Shown here: positions 18,716-28,206 of the stretch, in pieces
How positions within the stretch are numbered: the first letter of the stretch is position 1
Layout: every line of letters begins with the position of its first letter
Source of the DNA: an uncultured Gemmatimonadales bacterium
Lineage (GTDB): Bacteria; Gemmatimonadota; Gemmatimonadetes; Gemmatimonadales; Gemmatimonadaceae
Reading direction: 5' to 3'
Length of the DNA stretch: 64,000 nucleotides
Assembly (NCBI GenBank): GCA_963701965.1
Contig: OY969695.1
Location: 1,888,001-1,952,000 of the forward strand
Position numbers and translations under genes: made by a program
Notes under the pieces: generated by a model
Seen by the model: the letters and a program-made list of their open reading frames with translations, nothing else
What the model was told of the DNA's origin: nothing
Database searches by the model: none

Positions 18716-21439
18716 ATGCCACATCCCAATTCTTTTGCCAGCCGCTCGACGCTGAGCGTCGGCGGACGCACGTACACGATCTACCGTCTCGACCGTCTCG
18801 ACGGCACCGGCGCCAGTCGTCTCCCGTTCAGCCTTCGGATCCTGTTGGAGAACTTGCTGCGCAACGAGGACGGCGCGTTCGTCAAGCGCGATGACATCGC
18901 CGCCCTCGCGGCGTGGGATGTCAAGGCGCGGCAGGAGCGCGAGATCGCCTTTCGGCCCAGCCGGGTCCTCTTGCAGGACTTCACGGGCGTCCCGGCCGTC
19001 GTCGACCTGGCGGCAATGCGCGATGCGATCGTGGCGCTGGGTGGCGCGGCGACGCGCATCAATCCGCTGCAGCCCGTCGACCTCGTGATCGACCATTCGG
19101 TGCAGGTCAATGAATACGGCTCGGAGGCCGCGTTCCTGATCAACGCCGGTCTGGAATACGAGCGGAACCGCGAACGGTACGCGTTTCTGCGATGGGGACA
19201 GACGGGGTTCGAGAACTTTCGCGTCGTGCCGCCGGAAACCGGCATCTGCCATCAGGTCAACCTGGAGTATCTGTCGCAGGTGGCGTTTACCCGCGGCGAC
19301 GAGGTGTATCCCGACTCGCTCGTCGGAACGGACTCCCACACCACGATGGTCAACGGATTGGGCGTACTCGGCTGGGGCGTGGGCGGCATCGAGGCCGAGG
19401 CGGCCATGCTGGGACAGCCGCTGTCGATGCTCGTCCCCGAGGTCGTGGGCTTCGAGATGCATGGACAGCTGCCGCCGGGCGCCACGGCCACGGATCTGGT
19501 GCTGACCGTCACCCAGCTGCTCCGCCAGAAGAAAGTCGTCGGGAAGTTCGTCGAGTTCTACGGCGCCGGCCTCTCCTCGCTGTCGCTGGCCGACCGCGCG
19601 ACGATCGCCAACATGGCCCCGGAGTACGGCGCCACCATGGGATTCTTCCCCGTGGACAACGAGACGCTCGCCTATCTGCGCCTGTCCGGGCGCGACGAGC
19701 ACCACGTGAAACTGGTCGAGGCGTACTGCAAGGAGCAGGGTCTCTTCCGGACCGACCAGACGCCCGCACCCGTCTTCACCGACAGCCTGACGCTGGATCT
19801 GCGCACGGTGGAGCCGAGCCTGGCCGGTCCGAAGCGCCCGCAGGACCGCGTCCCGCTGTCCAAGTCGAAGGCCATGTTTCGCGAGGCCCTCGCCGCCGAT
19901 CACTCGTCGCGCGCGAAGACCGTCGCCGCCAGCACGACCAAGGCCGTGCTGCGCGAGGATGACGAGGGCGGCGCCCAACCCCAGCATCAAGCGCCGGGCT
20001 ACGCGTGTGCGTACAACGGGAGCGAATTCGCGCTGCGCGACGGCTCGGTCGTCATCGCGGCGATCACGAGCTGCACCAACACGTCGAATCCGTCGGTCAT
20101 GCTCGCCGCCGGCATGCTCGCCCAAAACGCCGTCGCGGCGGGATTGAGCAGCAAGCCATGGGTCAAGACCAGCTTGGCGCCGGGATCCAAAGTCGTCACC
20201 GACTACTTCGCGAAAGCGGGCGTGATGGAGTCGCTGCGAAAGCTGGGGTTCAACCTTGTGGGCTACGGCTGCACCACGTGCATTGGCAATTCGGGGCCGC
20301 TCCCCCAGCCGATCGCCGACGTCGTGGACGAGCACAACCTCGTCGTCGCCGCCGTGCTGTCGGGCAACCGCAACTTCGAGGGGCGCGTCAATCCGCTGAC
20401 GCGATTCAACTACCTGGCTTCACCGCCGTTGGTGGTGGCCTACGCGTTGGCGGGCCGCATGGACATCGACTTCGCCAACGAGCCCCTCGGCGTGGGCGCG
20501 GGCGGCCCGGTGTTCCTGCGCGACATCTGGCCGGCGCCAAAGGATGTGGAGGCCGAGATCCTGCGGTCGGTCAAGGCGGAGATGTTTCGCGCCCAGTACG
20601 CCGACGTCTTCACCGGCGACGACCGCTGGCAGGCGTTGGACGTGCCGACCGGCGAGCGTTATGCGTGGGACGCCGCATCCACGTACGTCAAGCACCCGCC
20701 GTACTTCGAGGGTATGACGACGACTCCGCCGGGTATCACCCCGATCACGGGCGCGCGCGTGCTGGCCTTGCTCGGCGACTCGATCACGACGGATCACATC
20801 TCGCCCGCCGGCAATATTCAGGCGGCCAGTCCGGCCGGCCGGTGGCTGCTGGAGCACGGCGTGCCCAAGGCCGATTTCAATTCCTACGGCGCGCGGCGCG
20901 GCAATCACGAGGTGATGGTGCGCGGCACGTTCGCCAATATCCGGCTCAAAAACGAGTTGGTGGCCGGCGTGGAGGGCGGCTGGACGCGCATGGCGCCCGG
21001 CGCGGAGCAGATCGCCATCTACGATGCGGCGGTCGCGTTTCAGGCCAAGAAGACGCCGCTCGTGATCATCGCCGGGAAAGAGTACGGTACGGGCTCATCA
21101 CGCGACTGGGCCGCGAAGGGCACGCTACTCCTCGGCGTGCGGGCCGTCATCGCCGAGTCGTTCGAGCGGATCCACCGGTCGAATCTCGTCGGCATGGGTG
21201 TGTTGCCGCTGGAATTCGCCGATGGCGCTTCGCGCCAATCGCTGGGACTCACCGGGTTCGAGACCTATGCCATCCAAGGCTTGGACGAGAGCTTGAGACC
21301 AAAGGCCCGGCTCACGGTGACGGCGGGAGACAAGAAGTTCGCCGTCACCGTGCGCATCGACACCCCAGAGGAACTCCAGTACTACCGCCACGGCGGAATC
21401 CTGCCGTACGTACTCCGTCAGCTCGTACGCTCTAGCTAG
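18716..21439 (+). CDS. acnA: aconitate hydratase A
   Basis: LQDFTGVP, DHSVQV, GTDSHT, AAITSCTNTSNP, GYGCTTCIGNSG, GSSRDWAAKG; ATG 18716. Confidence 0.98.
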   Translation: MPHPNSFASRSTLSVGGRTYTIYRLDRLDGTGASRLPFSLRILLENLLRNEDGAFVKRDDIAALAAWDVKARQEREIAFRPSRVLLQDFTGVPAVVDLAAMRDAIVALGGAATRINPLQPVDLVIDHSVQVNEYGSEAAFLINAGLEYERNRERYAFLRWGQTGFENFRVVPPETGICHQVNLEYLSQVAFTRGDEVYPDSLVGTDSHTTMVNGLGVLGWGVGGIEAEAAMLGQPLSMLVPEVVGFEMHGQLPPGATATDLVLTVTQLLRQKKVVGKFVEFYGAGLSSLSLADRATIANMAPEYGATMGFFPVDNETLAYLRLSGRDEHHVKLVEAYCKEQGLFRTDQTPAPVFTDSLTLDLRTVEPSLAGPKRPQDRVPLSKSKAMFREALAADHSSRAKTVAASTTKAVLREDDEGGAQPQHQAPGYACAYNGSEFALRDGSVVIAAITSCTNTSNPSVMLAAGMLAQNAVAAGLSSKPWVKTSLAPGSKVVTDYFAKAGVMESLRKLGFNLVGYGCTTCIGNSGPLPQPIADVVDEHNLVVAAVLSGNRNFEGRVNPLTRFNYLASPPLVVAYALAGRMDIDFANEPLGVGAGGPVFLRDIWPAPKDVEAEILRSVKAEMFRAQYADVFTGDDRWQALDVPTGERYAWDAASTYVKHPPYFEGMTTTPPGITPITGARVLALLGDSITTDHISPAGNIQAASPAGRWLLEHGVPKADFNSYGARRGNHEVMVRGTFANIRLKNELVAGVEGGWTRMAPGAEQIAIYDAAVAFQAKKTPLVIIAGKEYGTGSSRDWAAKGTLLLGVRAVIAESFERIHRSNLVGMGVLPLEFADGASRQSLGLTGFETYAIQGLDESLRPKARLTVTAGDKKFAVTVRIDTPEELQYYRHGGILPYVLRQLVRSS

Positions 21440-22914
21440 TTCGCAATAGCTAACACCGCGCTCCCGGCCGGGAGAGGGATGTTCGCCGTGCCCTTGGTAA
21501 TGGGCACGGCGGCCTGCGGGGTCATGTCGTTCGCGGCGTCCGACCGGTACGGATAGACGCCCGTGCCGGGCAGGCCGGTGACGCCGAGCACTTTGTTGCT
21601 CTTCGTCGTGTTGGTCATGAGGATGGCAACGGTCTTGGCGTCGGGACTGACGAACGCCAACAGGTCCACGCGCGCCGCGCAGGGATCCTGCGCGCCAACT
21701 CCGACCTGCAGGTCGGGATCCGTGGTAGTCATAGGAACCACTTTCCAGCCGGGTCGTACCGTCGTCCACAGTTGCTTGAGCGCGTAGAAGCGCTTGGAGT
21801 AGATGGGGGTTTGGTCGCCGCCCAGCAGGCTGCCCCCATCCGGTGACGTACTGGATTGCGCGAAGCCGTTCCACCACGCCCAGTAGTTGAACGGCAGCGT
21901 GGCCAGGTGCGCGGCCAGCGCGCGGTAGGTGTCGATCATCCAATCCGTCTCGGTCGTCCCGTTGGGCGCCGAGAACTCCGTCATCCACGCGTCCTTGGGA
22001 AAGGCCTGCATGCCGGCGGCGTTCTGCGTGATGACGCATTCGCCGTAGGCGTGCAGTGCGTACGCGCCGACGGCGCTGTTGAGCGCGGTCGAGGCGCCGA
22101 GGGCCGGGTAGCCACTGCCGCCGAAATAGCCGACGGCGCGCGTCGTGGGATCTTCCCAGATCGGGCCATTGAACGTGCCCGTTTCCGGTCCAAAGAGCTT
22201 GACGGCCGAGAGACCGTTGGCGTCGAACGCGGCCCGCGTGGCTTGGATCACGCGCTGCCATTGGGCCGTGGAGTAGATCGCCGTGCTGTACACGTCGAGG
22301 TGCTCCGGCTCGTTCTGAATGCTGATGGCCACCGGCAGCGGCGCGCCGTTCGCTTTGAGCGCCTGCAGAATCTTCGTGAGATAGGCGATGTACGCCGTCT
22401 CATCGGTTGCGATGAGACCACCGCCGACCAGCGATCCGTTGGTCTTCCACACGGCCGGTGGGCTCCAGACGCCGCCAATGTACGTCGAGAGACCGTAGGA
22501 CTGGGCTTGCTGAATGGACTGCACCAGCACGTTGAGCGCGCCGGGATCGAGCGTCATGTTGGCGAGCGTGGTGCCGCTGGCGTAGAGCTCCGGGCGGAAC
22601 TGCACGCGGAAGAACGTGATCCCGCTGCCGTAGAGTGCGGCCGCGACCTGGCTGCGGCCGTAGAGACCACCGTTGCCGGCGGGGTACATGCCCCAGCCTT
22701 TGATGGTCTGCGCGGGCGTACCGAGGGCGGCGCTCGCCGTTGGCGGCGCGCCCGGGGGAGTCGGATTCGAGGGCGCGCTCGGCGAGGATTGTGGCGGGGC
22801 CGCTTTCGCCGGCGCCGTTGTGAGATCCTGGCCACTGGTACACGCGTTCAGTACGGTGAGTACGATCACGAGCGCGCGCGCCACGGGCGCGCGCCGCAGC
22901 ACGCGGATACGCAT
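21436..22914 (-). CDS. GH30-like glycoside hydrolase, lipoprotein
   Basis: Lipobox LNA-C, Pro-rich linker, QTIKGWG, WSPPAVWK, ISIQNEP (acid/base), WMTE (nucleophile), C-terminal beta-sandwich; GGAGG 6 nt before ATG 22914. Confidence 0.8.
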   Translation of the reverse strand: MRIRVLRRAPVARALVIVLTVLNACTSGQDLTTAPAKAAPPQSSPSAPSNPTPPGAPPTASAALGTPAQTIKGWGMYPAGNGGLYGRSQVAAALYGSGITFFRVQFRPELYASGTTLANMTLDPGALNVLVQSIQQAQSYGLSTYIGGVWSPPAVWKTNGSLVGGGLIATDETAYIAYLTKILQALKANGAPLPVAISIQNEPEHLDVYSTAIYSTAQWQRVIQATRAAFDANGLSAVKLFGPETGTFNGPIWEDPTTRAVGYFGGSGYPALGASTALNSAVGAYALHAYGECVITQNAAGMQAFPKDAWMTEFSAPNGTTETDWMIDTYRALAAHLATLPFNYWAWWNGFAQSSTSPDGGSLLGGDQTPIYSKRFYALKQLWTTVRPGWKVVPMTTTDPDLQVGVGAQDPCAARVDLLAFVSPDAKTVAILMTNTTKSNKVLGVTGLPGTGVYPYRSDAANDMTPQAAVPITKGTANIPLPAGSAVLAIAN

Positions 22915-22929
22915 GCGGAGCCTCCACCT

Positions 22930-23035
22930 GACCGTTCGGCGGCCGGACTGGCATGGCGCGCCGAACGAGCCGGCCCGCTTTAGCCTCCAGAGCTTTGCGT
23001 CACTGGCTTTCGCCAGTTTTGCCATTATCCCGGCC
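22930..23035 (-). ncRNA. c-di-GMP-I (GEMM) riboswitch
   Basis: Minus strand GGCAAA-ACTGGC-GAAA-GCCAGT-GACGCAAAGC-TCTGGAGG-CTAAAG...CCATG-CCAG-TCCGG-CCGCCGA: perfect 6-bp GAAA-tetraloop stem, GACGCAAAGC junction, CTAA/ATG receptor, paired P2. Confidence 0.88.
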
Positions 23036-23192
23036 CGACGGAACTGCCGAGCCCGCTATCAAGTTAGGGAATCCGGCTGAGGGGTCGAGGCGTCGGTCGC
23101 GGTGTCCGGCAAAACCGAGTTAGGGCGTTATTCCAGCGTCTGCCAGGGGAACGGCGGCTGTCACGCTCCCGCGCCGACTGCTTTATTGCCGG

Positions 23193-24830
23193 TTAGGGCG
23201 ACGGGGTCGCCGCCGGCAGCGATGTGGCGTCAGGCGACGATGCGGTATCACTTGCGGCGGTGAAGACGGCGGTCACCGTGTCTTTGGTCACCACCTCGAC
23301 GTTGAGCTGCGCCGGCTCGAACGCATCGCCCGCGCTTTCCAGGGACACGTAGTGATTCCCGGACTCGATCCTGATGACGAGCGGCGTGAATCCCAGCGTA
23401 TGCCCGTCGATGCGGACCTTCGCGGCGCCGCCCTTGGCGATGACGCGAATGTACCCCGGGCCGCCGTCGCCCTGCGCATTCTCCCGACCGCCGAGGCTGG
23501 GGTCGAGCGCGACGGGGCGCCGGTGGGCAGGCTCGCTGCCGCCGCCGTGCGCGCTGAGATCGAACGTCGTATCGACGGACATCACCGAGTCCGGGGGAGC
23601 CGGCGAGCTGGCCGGGATGACCGGGACCGGCCTGCGGACCGGGATGGTGAGGCGGGGCGCGGCGCCAATGCCGGCGCGCGCCGACGGGCCGCTCAGGCTC
23701 AGGATGGCGACGGTCGCTATCGCGGCCCCGATCGCCGCCGCGGCGATAGCCGCGCCGATCCACCGGCGCCGGGACGGCGCGGGCGCTTCGGGCACGATCC
23801 GGAGGGACGTCTGCGTCAGGCCGACCGGCCGTCGACCCGACAAGGCATCGACGAACGCCGAGACCGAGGGGAACCGGTCATCGGCGCGCTTGGCCATGGC
23901 CCGGTGGATGGCCCCATCGACATAGGGCTCGAGCCCTCCGCGCAGCGCCGAGGCGTTCGGCACATTGGCCGACAGATGCAGTTTGAGCAGATCCTGCACG
24001 CGCACCGTCTCGAACGGCCGGTGCCCGGTGAGCATCTCGAACGCCATGACGCCTAGCGCGTATTGATCGGCGCGGGGATCGATGTCCTCGCCCCGCCACT
24101 GCTCGGGTGACATGTAACCAGGGGACCCGATGATGCCGGTGCCCGATCCGACCAGACCGTCGCCCTGTCCCAGGGCTTTGGCGATACCGAAGTCGGACAC
24201 CATGGCGTGCCCGCTGTCTCCGATCAGGACGTTGGCGGGCTTGATGTCCCGGTGGATCACGCCCTGGCTGTGGGCGTAGTCGAGGGCGCGGCCGACGTCG
24301 CGGAGGATGTCGAGGGCGTGCTCGATGCCGAGCACGTTGTGCCCATCCAGCATGTCTTCGAGGGTCCCGCCGCGGACGAGTCGCATCGTATAGAACGCGA
24401 CGGTGTTCCGCTGGCCGACGGCGAAGATGGGAACGATGTGCGGGTGGTCGAGTCGCGCGGCCAGCTTGGCCTCGCGCTCGAACCGGCCCCACGCCTCGGG
24501 CGACAGCACGGGATCGAGCGCCAGCACCTTGAGCGCGACTTCGCGGTCGAGCGCGGTCTCGTGGGCCCGGAAGACGATCCCCATCCCACCGCGACCGAGG
24601 AGCTCGAGGAGCCGGTACGACTCGCCGACCGACTCCTGCAGGCGGAGCCGGATGCGGTCGGCATGCTCGGCGGACGTCTCGCCGGTGATCATCGCACCGC
24701 AGCGGGCGCACGACGTGCTCGACGGGATGAGCGTCGCGCCACAGCGCGCACACAAGCCGGCCATGCCGGCTGGTGTGGTCACCGCAGCAAACGAGGGCTG
24801 GCGGCGCGGGTTGCTCTGACTGCCGGTCAC
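23193..24830 (-). CDS. Hanks-type Ser/Thr kinase with N-terminal zinc ribbon, TM and PEGA-like domain
   Basis: CARC...CARC; LGRGGMG, VALK, HRDIKPAN, DFG, YMSPE; TM; IDGHTLGFTPL. Start uncertain (GTG 24830 or ATG 24764). Confidence 0.93.
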   Translation of the reverse strand: MTGSQSNPRRQPSFAAVTTPAGMAGLCARCGATLIPSSTSCARCGAMITGETSAEHADRIRLRLQESVGESYRLLELLGRGGMGIVFRAHETALDREVALKVLALDPVLSPEAWGRFEREAKLAARLDHPHIVPIFAVGQRNTVAFYTMRLVRGGTLEDMLDGHNVLGIEHALDILRDVGRALDYAHSQGVIHRDIKPANVLIGDSGHAMVSDFGIAKALGQGDGLVGSGTGIIGSPGYMSPEQWRGEDIDPRADQYALGVMAFEMLTGHRPFETVRVQDLLKLHLSANVPNASALRGGLEPYVDGAIHRAMAKRADDRFPSVSAFVDALSGRRPVGLTQTSLRIVPEAPAPSRRRWIGAAIAAAAIGAAIATVAILSLSGPSARAGIGAAPRLTIPVRRPVPVIPASSPAPPDSVMSVDTTFDLSAHGGGSEPAHRRPVALDPSLGGRENAQGDGGPGYIRVIAKGGAAKVRIDGHTLGFTPLVIRIESGNHYVSLESAGDAFEPAQLNVEVVTKDTVTAVFTAASDTASSPDATSLPAATPSP

Positions 24831-24989
24831 GGGCTCCGTCCGAGGGAGGTTCGAACCCCTTCTCAATCAGACGGTATGGCCGGGCTCGGCGTCACTGTCC
24901 TATCGGCCGTTTTCGGTCACGCTGACCGAACCAGTGCGTTGCGCTGACACGCGCAGGCCCACAGACTGGCCCAATGTCAAAATCCCGTC

Positions 24990-26561
24990 GTGCGCGCCAC
25001 GCCCCGTGAGGTCCTGGGCCGCCTCTTCGAGGCGGCCGTCGCCGGGGCGATACCGGAACGCGCCACCCGGGACGCGGTCGCGGCGCTCGCCCTGCCCGCC
25101 GGGGCGGTGCACATCATTGGATTGGGCAAGGCCGCGCAGGGCATGGCCGCCGGAGCCGTCGCCGCCCTCGCCGCGGTCGGGCGCGAGCCCGCCGGGGGCG
25201 TGATCGTCACCCCCGCCGCCGACCCGCCATCCCCCCACCGCGCCATCAGGCTCGTGGTCGGAGACCACCCCGTCCCGGGCGCTGGCTCACTGGCCGCCGC
25301 GGACGCGATCGCTGACGCGATCGCCCGCGTCGGGCCACAAGACACGGTGGTGGCGCTCATCTCCGGCGGTGGCTCCAGCCTCGCGGCTGCGCCGCTCGCT
25401 GGTATACCCAACTTCGGTGTCCGCAGCCCCGGCACACTCAATCGCGGGACATCCGACATCGGGACATCCGACATCGGGACATCCGACATCGGGACATCCG
25501 ACATTGGGACATCCGACATCGGGACATCCGACATCGGGACATCCGACATCGGGACATCCAGCCTCGGCACACCCAACATTGAGACACCCAACCGCGGGAC
25601 ACCCAGCCGCGGCACATCCAACTTCGCCCCCGCCGAGTTCTCGGGTATACCCAACTTCGGCCCCGCCGAGCTCTCGGCCCTGTACGTGACGTTGCTGGGA
25701 TCGGGGGCCGACATTGCGACGATGAACGCGGTACGCAAACGCTTCACGCGATGGAGCGCAGGTCGCGTAGCGACCGCGCTCCGAGGCCGACCGATCCATT
25801 GCTTGGTCGTCTCCGACGTGCTCGGAGACGATCTCCCGTCGATCAGTTCGGGCCCATGTGTCCCCGATCCCCTGACGGCTCGCGACGTGATCGCGATGCT
25901 GCGGCGCGGCAACCTCTGGGACGAATTAGGCGACTGCGTTCGCGCGCATCTGGCAGCCGTCGCGCGCGGCGAGGCACCGGAGACGCCGAAGCCGGGCGAC
26001 CCGGCATTCGACCGGGTGACCACGCAGGTGATCGTCAGTAACCGGCACGCCGTCGAAGCGGCCGCGGCCTGTGCGCGCGCCGCCGGCGTCGACGAGGTGA
26101 CGATCATGCCAACGCCCCTCGAAGGCGAGGCGTCGATCGCGGGCGTGCGCCTGGCCAGCGAATTGATCGCGCGCCGCCGCCGCGCCCGAGGACCCCACGT
26201 GTCGCGCTGCATCCTGTGGGGTGGCGAGACCACGGTGACCCTCGGCGCGGCCCCGGGAATGGGTGGCAGAAATCAGGAGCTGGCGCTGGCCGCCGCCCGC
26301 TCACTCGCCGATGCCGGCGAGGCGGCGAGCGGCATCACACTCCTGGCGGCCGGCACGGACGGACGCGACGGCCCGACGGACGCCGCGGGCGCCATCGTCG
26401 ACGGCCTCACCTGGGGCGCGGCACGCGACGCGGGACGTGACCCGGATGCGGATCTGGCCGGTCACGATGCGTACCGCAGCCTCGACGCGGCGGGCGCGCT
26501 CCTGCGCTCGGGCTACACGGGGACGAACGTCATGGACGTCGTCTTCGGCCTGATCCCTTAA
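24990..26561 (+). CDS. glycerate 2-kinase (DUF4147+MOFRL) with internal repeat insertion
   Basis: GLGKAA, HPVP, LISGGGSSL, SDVLGDD, GGETTV, GGRNQEL, GTDGRDG, TGTNVMD. Confidence 0.92.
   Translation: MRATPREVLGRLFEAAVAGAIPERATRDAVAALALPAGAVHIIGLGKAAQGMAAGAVAALAAVGREPAGGVIVTPAADPPSPHRAIRLVVGDHPVPGAGSLAAADAIADAIARVGPQDTVVALISGGGSSLAAAPLAGIPNFGVRSPGTLNRGTSDIGTSDIGTSDIGTSDIGTSDIGTSDIGTSDIGTSSLGTPNIETPNRGTPSRGTSNFAPAEFSGIPNFGPAELSALYVTLLGSGADIATMNAVRKRFTRWSAGRVATALRGRPIHCLVVSDVLGDDLPSISSGPCVPDPLTARDVIAMLRRGNLWDELGDCVRAHLAAVARGEAPETPKPGDPAFDRVTTQVIVSNRHAVEAAAACARAAGVDEVTIMPTPLEGEASIAGVRLASELIARRRRARGPHVSRCILWGGETTVTLGAAPGMGGRNQELALAAARSLADAGEAASGITLLAAGTDGRDGPTDAAGAIVDGLTWGAARDAGRDPDADLAGHDAYRSLDAAGALLRSGYTGTNVMDVVFGLIP
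25401..25660 (+). repeat. in-frame 15-bp tandem repeat array bounded by 17-bp direct repeats
   Basis: Seven near-identical GGGACATCCGACATC units (25446-25550) inside 15 degenerate units from 25401; GGTATACCCAACTTCGG at 25401 and 25644. Confidence 0.95.
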
Positions 26562-26571
26562 TCTTCCGGGC

Positions 26572-27302
26572 ATGGACGACGCGGCCCGGCTCGCGAGATG
26601 CAGGCGGCAGCGACTGCCGGATCAGGATACTCCGTCGACCAAGTGGCCTCGGCCGCGGCCGAGGCCGGGATCGACCCGCCGTTCGTGTCGCTCGCGCTGG
26701 CCGAACAGCGGCCGGCGCCGGCCGCGATCGACCGCGTCGCTGATTTGGTGTTCGGCCGCGACACATCCGAGCTCGTCGTCAGTCGACACATGGACGCGCC
26801 AGCCGGTCGGTGCCTCGGCGCGATCGGCCGGGCCCTGCGGTCCTCCGTCTGCCGCTGCGATCTCCTCGAGGCCGTCGGCGATCCGCTGGACGGCGGCACG
26901 CTCGTGTTCGCGCTGCCCGATGTTGGTTGGGACAAGTCCAGTCCCTGGGCGTATCTCCGCTGGATCGGCGCGCGGTACCTCTCCGCGTCCATCCGCCGCG
27001 ATCCCTCGGGCCCCGGTTGCACCGTTACGTATCACGCCGACATTGTCCGCGGCCGCCGGGCACTGGCCTGGACATCGTTGGGATTCGACGCGCTCGTCGG
27101 CGTGGTGGCGATCGCCGGAGGCATCGCCGCCGGCGGCTGGGAGGGGCTCCTCGCCCTGCCCGCCGTACCGCTCGCCGCGCTCTTCACCCGCGCCACGTTT
27201 CGGCTGTCGGCGCGACGGGCGCGCGACGAGATGGCGCGAGCGCTCGTGGGCGTCGACGGCGCGCTGCGCGGGGCCGACGTGTTCGGCGACGGAACAGTCT
27301 AG
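26572..27302 (+). CDS. hypothetical membrane protein (probable 1-nt frameshift near 26593)
   Basis: ORF 26598-27302 has GYSVDQVASAAAEAGIDP and two C-terminal TM helices; ATG 26572 has a TAATCT box 7 nt upstream and joins by adding one base (MDDAARLAEMQ). Confidence 0.6.
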
Positions 27303-27316
27303 GCTACATTTCCCCC

Positions 27317-28201
27317 ATGTCCGTCACCGTCCGCCCGTTCACGGTCGGCCTGATCCAGGCCGCCGTCACGCCTGACATCCAGGCCAACATTCGCGACACG
27401 CACGCGAAGATCCGGGAGTGCGCCGCGCGCGGCGCCCAGATCATCTCGCTCCAGGAGCTGTTCGACGCGCCGTACTTCGCGCAAGCGTCGCGGGCCGAAC
27501 GCTTTGACCTGGCGGAGCCGATTCCCGGACCCACGGTCACCGCCATGCAAGCGCTGGCGCGGGAGTTGGCCGTCGTACTGATCGTGCCGATCTTCGAGCG
27601 ACAGGCGCCCGGTGTCTACCGCAACTCGGCGGCCGTCGTCGATGCCGATGGGTCGCTGCTCGGCGTGTATCGCAAGCTCCACATCCCGGACGATCCGCAG
27701 TACTACGAGAAGTACTATTTCGCGCCCGGGGAACACTTTCACGTGTGGCCGACGCGATACGCCACCGTCGGCACCCTGATCTGCTGGGACCAGTGGTTTC
27801 CCGAGGGCGCGCGGATCACGGCGCTCATGGGCGCGGACATCCTCTTCTATCCGACGGCGATCGGATGGCATCCGGCCGAGAAGGCCGCGGTGGGGAACGA
27901 CCAAGTCTCGGCCTGGCAGACGATCCAGCGGTCGCACGCGATCGCCAATGGCGTGTACGTCGCGGCGGCCAATCGCGTGGGATTCGAGGCCGAGTCGGGC
28001 ACCAATGGCATCGAGTTCTTCGGCCACTCGTTCATCTCCGATCCGTTCGGGCGCGTCGTCGCCGAGGCGGGCACCGAGCCCGCGATTCTGGTCGCGACGT
28101 GCGATCCGGCGGTGATCGAAGACACGCGGCGCAACTGGCCGTTTCTTCGCGATCGGCGCATCGATGCCTACGGGCCGATCGTGCAGCGCTACATCGGGTA
28201 A
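27317..28201 (+). CDS. aguB: N-carbamoylputrescine amidase (carbon-nitrogen hydrolase)
   Basis: LQELF, YRKLHIPDDPQYYEKYYF, ICWDQWFPE, PTAIGW, FLRDRR; adjacent to agmatine deiminase. Confidence 0.85.
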   Translation: MSVTVRPFTVGLIQAAVTPDIQANIRDTHAKIRECAARGAQIISLQELFDAPYFAQASRAERFDLAEPIPGPTVTAMQALARELAVVLIVPIFERQAPGVYRNSAAVVDADGSLLGVYRKLHIPDDPQYYEKYYFAPGEHFHVWPTRYATVGTLICWDQWFPEGARITALMGADILFYPTAIGWHPAEKAAVGNDQVSAWQTIQRSHAIANGVYVAAANRVGFEAESGTNGIEFFGHSFISDPFGRVVAEAGTEPAILVATCDPAVIEDTRRNWPFLRDRRIDAYGPIVQRYIG

Positions 28202-28206
28202 CGCGC

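Noticed and set aside
18341..20335. Long antisense or alternate-frame ORFs (also 48766-50982, 14912-16771, 29172-31142, 62039-63898)
   Set aside because: Shadow ORFs opposite well-supported genes, expected at high GC, with no recognisable motifs.
22915..23025. Extended GH30 N-terminus from ATG 23025
   Set aside because: That ATG lies within the riboswitch; RBS and lipoprotein signal support ATG 22914.
24842..24864. GGTTCGAACCCC resembling a tRNA T-arm or att remnant
   Set aside because: The stem pairs poorly; no cloverleaf, CCA end or integrase nearby.
25446..25550. Repeat array as CRISPR
   Set aside because: Units are contiguous 15-mers without spacers, in frame inside a gene, and no cas genes are present.
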